Source: Micavibrio aeruginosavorus (GTDB lineage: Bacteria > Pseudomonadota > Alphaproteobacteria > Micavibrionales > Micavibrionaceae). From it: 37,706 nt of DNA. Both the position numbers and the translations under genes were made by a program. The notes beneath the pieces are model-generated. The model worked only from the letters and a program-made list of their open reading frames with translations, was not told where the DNA came from and searched no databases. The DNA lies in contig QFNK01000001.1 in assembly GCA_003240795.1 (NCBI GenBank), positions 1 through 37,706 on the forward strand. Reading direction: 5' to 3'. Below, one piece after another: positions 1-8,661 of the stretch (position 1 is the first letter of the stretch; every line of letters starts with the position of its first letter).

Positions 1-162
1 GCTGTAGGCTGCGCTGCCATCTTGGTGGAAGCCGCAATATTCGCCCGGAAAGGCGTTCAGGAACGCCTCAAGCCGTGATTTTTCCAGCGCAAGGCGGTCC
101 GCACCCGTCAGGGGTGCGAGCAAGGTGCCGAAGAAGGAAGATGGTTGACGGGCGGGTTTCAT
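1..162 (-). CDS. hypothetical protein, N-terminal 54 codons only (gene continues past the left edge)
   Basis: ATG at 162-160 is open to the window edge. Translation: MKPARQPSSFFGTLLAPLTGADRLALEKSRLEAFLNAFPGEYCGFHQDGSAAYS. Third codon positions are GC-rich like neighbouring genes. No clear SD, and too short to appear in the ORF track. Confidence 0.3.
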   Translation of the reverse strand, partial: MKPARQPSSFFGTLLAPLTGADRLALEKSRLEAFLNAFPGEYCGFHQDGSAAYS

Positions 163-224
163 AATTTCTGGTTAATTTTACGGGTACGCCGCAAAGAAGG
201 AAACAGAAAAATGAAACTGCGGCG

Positions 225-641
225 TCAGGAAATAACGAGGGCGAAGCGCGATTGCATGCGCGGCGCATTTTCCGTGATGAAACGGGCGAATTCGCGCCTG
301 TCGTCATCATTTCCCAATTGATGTATGTGATTGCCGACCATCTCCAGAGTTTCCTGGGTGGTATTCCATGGCGTGTTCGCATGCGATTTGTAATCGCCAT
401 ACAGGCCGTTGAATTTTGCCATGGTAAGACCCGGCATGATCGCCTGCATGTCGGCATCGGTGCATTCCGTCCAATGGCGTCCCTGCAGAACCTGATTGCG
501 CGCCGTGTTGAGTGTTACGGACGTGGCCGCCTCGTCCTTGCGAAGAAAGCTTCGCAATGCATCGAGGTAGCTGCTTTGGGCATCCGACATGGATGCGGGA
601 TTGCTTTCGGCGGTTTGCCTGAAGATTTTTTGCATTTTCAC
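225..641 (-). CDS. hypothetical protein (orphan, no recognisable domain)
   Basis: 138-aa ORF in the track. The GTG at 641 is followed by an ATG at 635 that has GAAGG about 7 nt upstream, so the real start is probably 635. No family recognised. Confidence 0.5.
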   Translation of the reverse strand: MKMQKIFRQTAESNPASMSDAQSSYLDALRSFLRKDEAATSVTLNTARNQVLQGRHWTECTDADMQAIMPGLTMAKFNGLYGDYKSHANTPWNTTQETLEMVGNHIHQLGNDDDRREFARFITENAPRMQSRFALVIS

Positions 642-753
642 ACCTTCTTTTGGTTGTGCAGTAACAGTCTGACTTAACTTATGTCAATAAATTTGTTGTT
701 TTTGGTACGGTCAGAGCCTATAAGGCTCAAAATCAGATAAGGAGAAGTGCCCA

Positions 754-1200
754 ATGTCCCTGTCCCAAATCTTTGTCCAGCCATTCTACGAAGGCGCAGA
801 CGACCGCCTTACCGCGTGCCTGAACCGCATGGCTGCCCTTGTACCCGTTCAGGAAACGCAGGCCGTCAGCCCCAGCGCAGTGAGCAGCGCCGCCGCCGCT
901 GCCGATGGTATAGGCACGAACAAAGCATTCCGCGAACTGGCGTCCAGCATTTCCTCTATGGTGCATCTCGATGGAAATCAGAATATCTGCGCGAAACCGG
1001 ATATTCAGAACAAGCTGTTCAATGCGTTTGAAGCCTTCAATGCGGCGATTGTGAATGATCAGACGGTTTCCCTGACGGATGCGGGCAAGCAGCATTTTGC
1101 GGATTGCAAACGCTCCCGCGAGGTTTATGCCGGCATGCTGCATGGCGGTCTGGGTGCCACGACTTATCAGGTCAACTGGCCGGCCATGAAAATCGCGTAA
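754..1200 (+). CDS. hypothetical protein (orphan)
   Basis: 148-aa ORF with AAGGAG 9 nt upstream of the ATG. A strong hairpin terminator follows immediately. No family recognised. Confidence 0.6.
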   Translation: MSLSQIFVQPFYEGADDRLTACLNRMAALVPVQETQAVSPSAVSSAAAAADGIGTNKAFRELASSISSMVHLDGNQNICAKPDIQNKLFNAFEAFNAAIVNDQTVSLTDAGKQHFADCKRSREVYAGMLHGGLGATTYQVNWPAMKIA

Positions 1201-1202
1201 AT

Positions 1203-1233
1203 AAAAAACCCGCCGGATGGCGGGTTTTCTTTT
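1203..1233. terminator. bidirectional rho-independent terminator between the convergent orphan gene and ahcY
   Basis: Stem AACCCGCC / GGCGGGTT with loop GGAT. A-run upstream and T-run downstream, so it is usable on both strands. Confidence 0.8.
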
Positions 1234-1248
1234 GATCCTTGCAATCGT

Positions 1249-2562
1249 TTAGTAGCGGTAGGCGTCCGATTTGAACGGGCCTTGCTGTTCCACGCCGATA
1301 TAATCGGCCTGTGCTTTGGACAGTTTCGTCAGTTTCGCGCCGAGCTTTTCGAGGTGCAGCATGGCCACTTTCTCGTCCAGGTGTTTCGGCAGAACATAGA
1401 CCTTGTTTTCGTACTTGTCGGCATTGTTCCAGAGTTCGATCTGCGCCAGCGTCTGGTTCGTGAAGGAAGACGACATCACGAAAGACGGGTGGCCCGTCGC
1501 GCAGCCGAGGTTCACAAGACGGCCTTCGGCCAGCAGGATGATACGCTTGCCGTCCGGGAATTCGATCTCGTCAACCTGCGGCTTGATGTTGTGCCATTTC
1601 ATGTTGCGAAGGCCTTCGACCTGAATTTCGTTGTCGAAGTGACCGATGTTGCAGACGATCGCACGGTCTTTCATGGCGCGCATGTGGTCAACCGTGATGA
1701 TGTCGATGTTGCCCGTCGTCGTAACGAAGATGTCGGCGCGCGGTGCGGCTTCTTCCATCGTGACGACTTCATAGCCTTCCATGCAGGCCTGAAGCGCGCA
1801 GATCGGGTCGATTTCCGTGACCAGAACGCGGACGCCCTGGGACGCCAGAGATTCCGCGGAGCCTTTGCCCACGTCACCGAAACCGGCAACAACGGCAACC
1901 TTACCGGCCAGCATGACGTCCGTCGCGCGGCGGATACCGTCCACGAGGGATTCGCGGCAGCCGTATTTGTTGTCGAATTTGGATTTCGTCACGGAGTCGT
2001 TGACGTTGATGGCAGGAACGGCGAGCGTGCCTTTTTTCGCCATTTCATAGAGGCGGAGAACACCCGTCGTCGTTTCTTCGGAGATGCCCTTCACATCCTT
2101 CATCAGGTCCGGATAGTCCTTGTGCATGATGGAGGTCAGGTCGCCGCCGTCATCGAGGATCATGTTGGCCGTCCAGCCGTTCGGGCCCTTGATCGTCTGG
2201 TGAATGCACCATTCGGCTTCCTCGTTCGTCTGGCCTTTCCAGGCGAATACCGCGCAGGTGCCTTTTGCGGCGATAGCAGCCGCGGCGTGATCCTGCGTCG
2301 AGAAAATGTTGCAAGAAGACCAGCGCACTGTCGCGCCCAGAGCTTCGAGCGTTTCGATCAGGACGGCCGTCTGGATCGTCATGTGAAGGCAGCCCGCAAT
2401 GCGCGCGCCTTTCAGCGGCTGGGACGCGCCGTATTCCTTGCGCAGAGCCATCAGGCCCGGCATTTCGGTTTCTGCGATGTCGATTTCCTTGCGGCCCCAT
2501 TCGGCGAGGGAAATGTCTTTGACCTTGTAGTCGTTTTCGACGGTTTTCGGCTGGGCTGTCAT
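1249..2562 (-). CDS. ahcY: adenosylhomocysteinase (S-adenosyl-L-homocysteine hydrolase)
   Basis: 437 aa. N-terminus [28 protein letters not shown] and NAD-binding region [15 protein letters not shown] are typical of AhcY. Confidence 0.97.
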   Translation of the reverse strand: MTAQPKTVENDYKVKDISLAEWGRKEIDIAETEMPGLMALRKEYGASQPLKGARIAGCLHMTIQTAVLIETLEALGATVRWSSCNIFSTQDHAAAAIAAKGTCAVFAWKGQTNEEAEWCIHQTIKGPNGWTANMILDDGGDLTSIMHKDYPDLMKDVKGISEETTTGVLRLYEMAKKGTLAVPAINVNDSVTKSKFDNKYGCRESLVDGIRRATDVMLAGKVAVVAGFGDVGKGSAESLASQGVRVLVTEIDPICALQACMEGYEVVTMEEAAPRADIFVTTTGNIDIITVDHMRAMKDRAIVCNIGHFDNEIQVEGLRNMKWHNIKPQVDEIEFPDGKRIILLAEGRLVNLGCATGHPSFVMSSSFTNQTLAQIELWNNADKYENKVYVLPKHLDEKVAMLHLEKLGAKLTKLSKAQADYIGVEQQGPFKSDAYRY

Positions 2563-2651
2563 GTTTGCTCCTCATCTTGAGAGAATGTTAAGAATTCCGT
2601 GCCAAGACTTAGTGGGATAGACCCTAAAAAGCAAGCGACAAAGACATCCGC

Positions 2652-3143
2652 ATGAAGACATCAGATTTCAATGAAAAGGCAGGCCCGGCAAGGTATGGAA
2701 GCCTGCCCAGCCCCGTCCATCCGCATGGTTTCCAGATCCTCCTGAAAGACCAGAATGGCCGCGATGTGCCGGTTGGCGAGTATATCGTTCTGAATACAAA
2801 GGAAGATCCGGCGATCTCCGCCCGCAAGGTGTCAAACCTTGTGTCCGTTCTGGGCGGCCGGGACGATGCCGTTCCCCTTGGCGCGGATGTTGAGGCAAGG
2901 ACGCTGTATCAGGTCGTCAGCGAGAAGGACGATAAAGGATTTGCGAATATCATTTTCTATGAGCTGGGGTTTGAGGGCGTTTCTTCGGAAAACGCGCTCT
3001 TGAAAATCAAATCCGCGGGCAGCGATGTCCGCGCATATTGTGAAGGATTTGCGGAGGCATGCAGCGCGTTCCCGTTGAAGAGGGCGGTTGCACCTGTGCA
3101 GGTATCGACGACGGTGCCGGAAGGACCGTCGCGCCAGATTTAA
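2652..3143 (+). CDS. hypothetical protein (orphan)
   Basis: 163-aa ORF followed 27 nt later by a very strong plus-strand intrinsic terminator (3170-3206). No SD and no family recognised. Confidence 0.5.
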   Translation: MKTSDFNEKAGPARYGSLPSPVHPHGFQILLKDQNGRDVPVGEYIVLNTKEDPAISARKVSNLVSVLGGRDDAVPLGADVEARTLYQVVSEKDDKGFANIIFYELGFEGVSSENALLKIKSAGSDVRAYCEGFAEACSAFPLKRAVAPVQVSTTVPEGPSRQI

Positions 3144-3156
3144 CGGATTGGCGCAA

Positions 3157-4005
3157 TCAGAACCGATTTATATCCCTGTGCTCGATCGAGACAGGGATAT
3201 TTTTTTGCTGCAGCCACGCGCCGATTTCTTCTGCAACAAAAACGGAGCGGTGCTTGCCGCCCGTGCAGCCGAGGGCGATCGTCAGATAGCTTTTCCCCTC
3301 TTCGCCGTACAGGGGAAGCAGGGGTTCGATCATCGTTTTAAAATTGTTCAGGAACGGCGCGAGCGCGGCATCTTTGGCGATGTAATCCTGCACTGGCTTG
3401 TCCCGGCCTGTCTGGGGACGGAGGGTTTCATCCCAATGCGGGTTTTTCAGGAAGCGCACATCCATAACCATGTCCGCCTCACGCGGAAGGCCGTTTTTAA
3501 ATCCGAAAGACAGGATCGTAACGGAAACCTTGTTCTCCGCCGCGCCGCCGCACAATCCGGCAAGGACGCGGCGTAGGTCGTGAATGGAAAGCTCAGTTGT
3601 ATCGATGATGGAATCCGCAATGCCGCGCAGGTCGTAAAGCAGCGCCAGCTCCCGTTTGATGCCCGCGCTGACGGGGCGGTCGACGGCGAGGGGATGTTTG
3701 CGCCGCGTTTCGGAGAAGCGTTTTTGCAGCACGGCCTCATCACAGGTGATCATGAACAGGCGGGATTGAAGCGATTTTACCTTGGCGATGATCGCCTGCG
3801 GATCAAAACCGCGGGTACGGGTGTCGATGCCGATGGCGATAGGTTTGGCCTGATCCGTCGTTCCTTCTAGCAGCGCGTCCAGCAGGGTCAGGGGGAAATT
3901 GTCGAAAACCTCATAGCCGAGGTCTTCGAGCACCTTGAGCGCGGAGGACATTCCGGCGCCTGACAGGCCTGTGATGAAGAGGGGAGGATTGATCGGCTGA
4001 CTCAT
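3157..4005 (-). CDS. rapZ: RNase adapter protein RapZ (YhbJ family P-loop protein)
   Basis: 282 aa. Walker A ITGLSGAGMSSALKVLEDLGY and C-terminal IALGCTGGKHRSV motif are typical of RapZ. Confidence 0.93.
   Translation of the reverse strand: MSQPINPPLFITGLSGAGMSSALKVLEDLGYEVFDNFPLTLLDALLEGTTDQAKPIAIGIDTRTRGFDPQAIIAKVKSLQSRLFMITCDEAVLQKRFSETRRKHPLAVDRPVSAGIKRELALLYDLRGIADSIIDTTELSIHDLRRVLAGLCGGAAENKVSVTILSFGFKNGLPREADMVMDVRFLKNPHWDETLRPQTGRDKPVQDYIAKDAALAPFLNNFKTMIEPLLPLYGEEGKSYLTIALGCTGGKHRSVFVAEEIGAWLQQKNIPVSIEHRDINRF
3170..3206 (+). terminator. rho-independent terminator of the 2652-3143 gene, embedded in the 3' coding end of convergent rapZ
   Basis: ATATCCCTGT(g)CTCGA/TCGAGACAGGGATAT hairpin (10 bp plus an inner palindrome), followed by TTTTTT on the plus strand only. 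Confidence 0.75.
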
Positions 4006-4092
4006 GAAAATTGATTTTAAGCGTTTTCAAAGACCTTGCATTAAAATTCTGTGTCACAGCTTCGCGGCTGGCGAGAAGTGCGAGAGAGTTCT

Positions 4093-4869
4093 TTATGCCT
4101 TATTCAGAACGACGTTGAAGCGTGCGCCGATGATGTCGCCCGCGGCGTTGCGGAGGTTTTCCGCCCAGATCTGGCCGCCATGGGCTTCGACGATCTGTTT
4201 GGAGATGGAGAGGCCGAGGCCGGAGTGGTTGCCGTAATTTTCATGCGGCCGTTCGGTGTAGAAGCGTTCGAAAATCGTGTTCAGCTTGTTCTCCGGAATG
4301 CCGGGGCCTTCGTCTTCCACGGTGATGACGATGCGCTCGCCCTGAATTGCGGCACGAACGGTGACGCGGCCATCATCGGGAGAGAAGGACAGGGCATTCG
4401 TTATGAGGTTGCCGAAAACCTGTGAGAGGCGGTCGCGGCTGCCTTTGACGAAAATGCCTTCGCCTTCGGGCAGGTTCAGGACAATCTTGCTGTCTTCTGC
4501 CTCGTCATTGTCATTGCCGCGCTTGAGCGGTGCCTTATAAGCGTCGCGCAGGCCGTAGAGCAGGACTGAAAGATCGACCGTGCTCATTTCCTCGCGGCTC
4601 AATTCCGCATCGATACGGGACGCGCTGGAGATGTCGGAGATCAGGCGGTCCAGCCGCTGGACGTCGTGCTGGATGATATCGAGCAGTTTTTTGCGGTTGT
4701 TTTCGTCCGTGATGCGAGCGGCGGTTTCCACCGCGCTGCGCAGGGAGGTTAGCGGGTTTTTGATTTCATGCGCCACATCCGCACCGTATCGACGAAGAAA
4801 CTGGAAACGCGCATTTTGTCCGCGATCCAGTTCACGGCGGATATGCTCGACATGAACGAAGCGTATGTT
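4093..4869 (-). pseudogene. 5'-truncated ChvG/ExoS-like sensor histidine kinase remnant (H-box, DHp and HATPase_c only)
   Basis: The frame is open only from the in-frame TGA at 4872-4870. The first usable start is the GTG at 4776, one codon before the phospho-accepting His (ADVAHEIKNPLTSLRSAVET). N, G1 and G2 boxes are present (GNLITNALSF, DEGPGIP, GLGLSI). No TM, sensor or HAMP region is encoded in any frame upstream. Confidence 0.7.
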
Positions 4870-5091
4870 TCAAAAACGCTTGCCGATATGGGCCTGCGTG
4901 CGCCGCGCCGCGCGTTTCCGGAAGCTTACCTTAGCCATGTATCGGAAGCACTGACCCGTGCGAACTGGGAAGTGGGCGGGCCGAGCGCTTCGACCATCGA
5001 TATGAAACGCTTCTGGGACGATATCGGTGATATTGAACCAGCACCGCGCAAGGATGTCAGCCGTCAGGACACATCCGTCGGATTATCCTGA
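4852..5091 (+). CDS. hypothetical small protein occupying the position of the missing kinase 5' part
   Basis: MNEAYVSKTLADMGLRAPRRAFPEAYLSHVSEALTRANWEVGG... (an alternative ATG is at 4843; the track start 4768 lies inside the kinase remnant). No SD and no family recognised. Confidence 0.3.
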   Translation: MNEAYVSKTLADMGLRAPRRAFPEAYLSHVSEALTRANWEVGGPSASTIDMKRFWDDIGDIEPAPRKDVSRQDTSVGLS

Positions 5092-5100
5092 CGCATTGCG

Positions 5101-7104
5101 TTAGTCGTTGAACTGCCATTGATGGCGGCCCATCGGCGTGACTTCGTTGCCTTGCGGTTGCTGTTGCTCTTGTTCCGGCTGGGGCGTTGTGAGCGGGTTT
5201 TGCTCTTGTTCAGATCCGATCAGGCGGCCGAGAAGGTCATCGAAGCTGAATTCATTCGAGACATCGCGAATGTTGTAATAACTTTTCGCCGGTTTGCCTG
5301 ATGCCGTCGTCATGATGTCGCGCCAGACGCTTGCGGGGATCATACCGCCTGTGACCCGTTTCATCGGGGAGTTGTCATCGTTTCCAACCCATACCGCGCC
5401 CGCATATTGATTGGTGAAACCGATGAACCACGCGTCGCGTGATTCCTGTGACGTTCCGGTTTTTCCGGCGGCGGTGTAGGGGCCCTGTGCCGCGCGTCCG
5501 GTTCCGTATTGAACCACGTTCTGCATCATGCCGGTCAATTGATAGACGTAGCCGCGGGCAATGACCTGGCGTGCGGTCACGTCTTTGGGGCGTTCGTAAA
5601 TGGTTGTGCCTTGCGCGTTCTTTATATTGATGATCGCGAACGGTTCAACCGCGACACCGCCGCGCCCCAGCGTAGCATAGGCTGTGGTCATTTCGATCAT
5701 CGGTACGCCGTTGCTGCCCAATGCCAGGGAAAGGTTCGGCTCCAGCATCGCGGTGATGCCGAGGCGGCGGGCGAGGGAGATGACGTTGCTTGCGCCCACA
5801 TCCTGCATCAACTGCACGGACACGGTGTTCAGCGAGCGGGTCAGCGCTTCGGTCAATGTGACCTCGCCGAAATATTCCCCGCCGTAGTTTTTCGGTGTGT
5901 AGCCGTTGATCGTGATGGGCGAATCCATGATCGTCGAATTCGGGTTCCAGCCATGTTCGAGGGCGGCCAGATAAACGATCGGCTTGAACGATGAACCGGG
6001 TGAGCGGAGCGCGTGGGTCACGCGGTTATATTCGCTCAAATCATAATCGCGGCCGCCGACCATCGCGACGACGGCGCCGTCCAGCGCCATGATCATCGCG
6101 GCGCCTTGCGTGACCTTGTATTGTTCACCGTAGGTTTGAAGCGCGTTGGTGATGGAAGATTCGGCCCGTGCCTGAATGTCCTTGTCGAGCGTTGTCTCTA
6201 CGATGATGTCTTCTTCGGGAATGCCGATGGCGCCTTCGATCTGGCTTACGACGTAATCGGTGAAGTAGCGGATCGTGTCACCGCTGGACGGTTTGCGCGG
6301 CGGGGCGGGCGGCAGTTTATCAAGCTTTTTAAATTCCGCATCCTTCAGGTATCCGGCGTCATGCATCGCGGCCAAGACCACGCGCGTTCTTTGCGCCGAC
6401 AGGCTCGGGTTCGAGGACGGCGAATAGCGCGAAGGGGCCTTCAAAAGGCCTGCGAGTGTCGCGGCCTCACGGATCGTCAGTTCTTTTGCGGATTTGTTGA
6501 AGTATACGCGTGATGCGGCGTCGATGCCGTATGCGCCGGCGCCCAGATAGACGCGGTTCAAATACGCGCTCAGGATTTCATCCTTGGTCAGTTTCGTTTC
6601 GAGCCACAGGGCGAGCATCGCTTCCTGAACCTTGCGTTTGAGCGTGCGGTCGCGGGAGAGGAACAGGTTTTTGGCGAGCTGCTGCGTGATGGTCGATCCG
6701 CCCTGCGCGTAGGTGCCCTTTACGATGTTCACGGCGAAGGCGCGCGCTATGCCGATTGGGTCGATGCCGAAATGGTAATAAAAACGTCTGTCTTCGATGG
6801 CGAGGATCGCTTCGGGAACGTGTGGGGGCAATTCCTTTACCGATACCGTGTCGCCCTTGATATCGCCGTAGCGGTCTATGATGGTGCCGTCATTCGCCTT
6901 GATCGTGATGGTCGGGCGGCGTTCGAAGATCATCTGCTCCGTAATGTCGGGCAGTTCGCGCGCGAACCAGGCGAGCGTCAGGCCGATCAGCAGCGCGCCC
7001 CAGAGGGCGCAGACGAATGCCCATTTGATGCCTGTCTTCATGAATGCGCCCATGCCGCCTTCATCCTTTGCGTTCGATCTTCTGTTGTTTGCTTTTTTGG
7101 CCAT
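5101..7104 (-). CDS. mrcA: class A penicillin-binding protein (PBP1A family, transglycosylase plus transpeptidase)
   Basis: 667 aa with an N-terminal TM helix. Glycosyltransferase-51 motifs (EDRRFYYHFGIDP, GGSTITQQLAKN) and transpeptidase motifs (SSFKP, KTGTS) are present. Confidence 0.95.
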   Translation of the reverse strand: MAKKANNRRSNAKDEGGMGAFMKTGIKWAFVCALWGALLIGLTLAWFARELPDITEQMIFERRPTITIKANDGTIIDRYGDIKGDTVSVKELPPHVPEAILAIEDRRFYYHFGIDPIGIARAFAVNIVKGTYAQGGSTITQQLAKNLFLSRDRTLKRKVQEAMLALWLETKLTKDEILSAYLNRVYLGAGAYGIDAASRVYFNKSAKELTIREAATLAGLLKAPSRYSPSSNPSLSAQRTRVVLAAMHDAGYLKDAEFKKLDKLPPAPPRKPSSGDTIRYFTDYVVSQIEGAIGIPEEDIIVETTLDKDIQARAESSITNALQTYGEQYKVTQGAAMIMALDGAVVAMVGGRDYDLSEYNRVTHALRSPGSSFKPIVYLAALEHGWNPNSTIMDSPITINGYTPKNYGGEYFGEVTLTEALTRSLNTVSVQLMQDVGASNVISLARRLGITAMLEPNLSLALGSNGVPMIEMTTAYATLGRGGVAVEPFAIINIKNAQGTTIYERPKDVTARQVIARGYVYQLTGMMQNVVQYGTGRAAQGPYTAAGKTGTSQESRDAWFIGFTNQYAGAVWVGNDDNSPMKRVTGGMIPASVWRDIMTTASGKPAKSYYNIRDVSNEFSFDDLLGRLIGSEQEQNPLTTPQPEQEQQQPQGNEVTPMGRHQWQFND

Positions 7105-7213
7105 GGGCTTTTATGTACGGAAAATGGTGAAATCATGACGATTTCGTCGAGGTTTAGCGGAAAAAGGCTAGTTTCTCAACGGTTTTCGCCGCGAAGGGCA
7201 AGGTTGTGCCCCG

Positions 7214-8638
7214 TCATGTCATAAACAGTGTCGCCAGCCCGAGAAAGGCGAAAAAGCCGGTGACGTCGGTAATCGTCGTCAGGAATACGGAGGACGAAAT
7301 CGCCGGGTCCTGCCCGTATTTGTGGAGAAGAATCGGCACGCCCGCGCCGAAGATACCGGCGGTGATCAGGTTGATGATCATCGCCATCGCGATGACGAGG
7401 CCGAGCGTGACGTTGTGGAACCACAATCCCGCGATCAGGCCGACGGCACAGGCGAAAATACAGCCGTTGATAAAGCCGACAAGCCCTTCCTTGATAATCG
7501 CGCGGCGGGCGTTGGAGCTGGAGAGTTCGCGCATGGCGAGGGCGCGCACGGCGACGGTGAGTGCCTGCGTTCCGGCATTGCCGCCCATGCCTGCGACAAT
7601 CGGCATCAGCACGGCGAGGGCCACGACCTTTTCAATCGTCGCGCCGAATAGGGATACAACGCTTGCGGCCATGAAGGCGGTGACGAGATTGACGGCAAGC
7701 CAGCGGGAGCGGGACAGGCTGGTTTTCAATACCGCCTGATAAAGGTCGCTTTCCTCAACCCCGGCGAGTTTCAGGATATCTTCCCCGGCCTCTTCGTCGA
7801 TAACGTCGATGATGTCGTCGATGGTGATAACGCCGACAAGGCGGCCGTCTTCGTCCACGACAGGGGCGGAGCCAAGGTCGTCGCGGCGGAAGAGGTGGGC
7901 GACTTCCTCCTGGTCCATCGTGGCCGGAATGATGTGGACGTCGTCGAGCGTGAGTTCGTCGATTTTTTCGGAGCGTTTCGCGCGGACGAGGCGGTTGAGC
8001 GGAATTTCCCCCACCACATGATAATAAGGGTCGATGACGACGAGAAAGTTGAAGTCGTCGGGCAGCTCGTCGGCGGCGGCGCGCAGATAGTCGATGGTTT
8101 TACCGACCGTCCAGAATTGCGGGATCGCGACATATTCGCGTTGCATCAGACGTCCGGCGGATTCTTCCGGATAGCTCAGACCTTCTTCGAGGACAATACG
8201 GTCACGCGCGGAAAGTTTTTTCAGGATTTCCTTCTGGAAGACGGGGTCCAGATCCTCGATCAGATCCAGCGCGTCATCGGATTCCAGTTCGGAGACGATC
8301 TTCGCGACTGCCGCCGGCGGCATGTCGGACAGGATTTCCGCGCGCATCTGGTAATCAAGGTGCGCGTAAACATACGGGTCGATCAGGCCGCTGTATTTTT
8401 CGAGGAAGTCGTGGCGGTCCTGGCGGTCGATCTTGTGGAAGAGGTCGGCCATGTCCGCTTCGGACAGGTCGCCGAGCAGATCTTTCAGCTGCTCGGCATC
8501 TTCTTCATAGAGAGCATCAAGGATCGCCGCGATACGTTCGTCACTTAAGGAAAAGCCTTCTTCGGCCATTTCCTCGAGCAGTTCAGCCGTCGTTTCGGCT
8601 TCCCTTTCCCTCAGCGTGGAGGGCGACGTATCGTTCAT
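7214..8638 (-). CDS. mgtE: magnesium transporter MgtE
   Basis: 474 aa with an MgtE N-domain, a CBS pair and a C-terminal 5-TM domain (GNAGTQALTV, DPAISSSVFLTTITDVTGF). Confidence 0.95.
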   Translation of the reverse strand: MNDTSPSTLREREAETTAELLEEMAEEGFSLSDERIAAILDALYEEDAEQLKDLLGDLSEADMADLFHKIDRQDRHDFLEKYSGLIDPYVYAHLDYQMRAEILSDMPPAAVAKIVSELESDDALDLIEDLDPVFQKEILKKLSARDRIVLEEGLSYPEESAGRLMQREYVAIPQFWTVGKTIDYLRAAADELPDDFNFLVVIDPYYHVVGEIPLNRLVRAKRSEKIDELTLDDVHIIPATMDQEEVAHLFRRDDLGSAPVVDEDGRLVGVITIDDIIDVIDEEAGEDILKLAGVEESDLYQAVLKTSLSRSRWLAVNLVTAFMAASVVSLFGATIEKVVALAVLMPIVAGMGGNAGTQALTVAVRALAMRELSSSNARRAIIKEGLVGFINGCIFACAVGLIAGLWFHNVTLGLVIAMAMIINLITAGIFGAGVPILLHKYGQDPAISSSVFLTTITDVTGFFAFLGLATLFMT

Positions 8639-8661
8639 AGGCGTCCCCTTGGGTCATAGTG

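Noticed and set aside
1282-2580. Long antisense or over-extended ORFs in the track. Examples: 1282-2580 opposite ahcY, 8989-10929 opposite maeB, 15905-16618 opposite serS, 20192-21004 and 21314-21979 opposite secD, 22847-24178 opposite the lipoprotein gene, 25523-26200 opposite sodB, and 33170-33937 and 34036-34788 opposite gcvP.
   Set aside because: Each lies opposite a gene with unmistakable family motifs. Their translations are Arg/Gly/Ala/His/Val-rich low-information sequence, typical of the stop-poor antisense frame of GC-rich coding DNA. None has a start context or a recognisable domain.
2563-2651. SAH riboswitch upstream of ahcY.
   Set aside because: The minus-strand leader contains only an SD-like GAGGAG. 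It has none of the conserved SAH-riboswitch stems that I can recognise.
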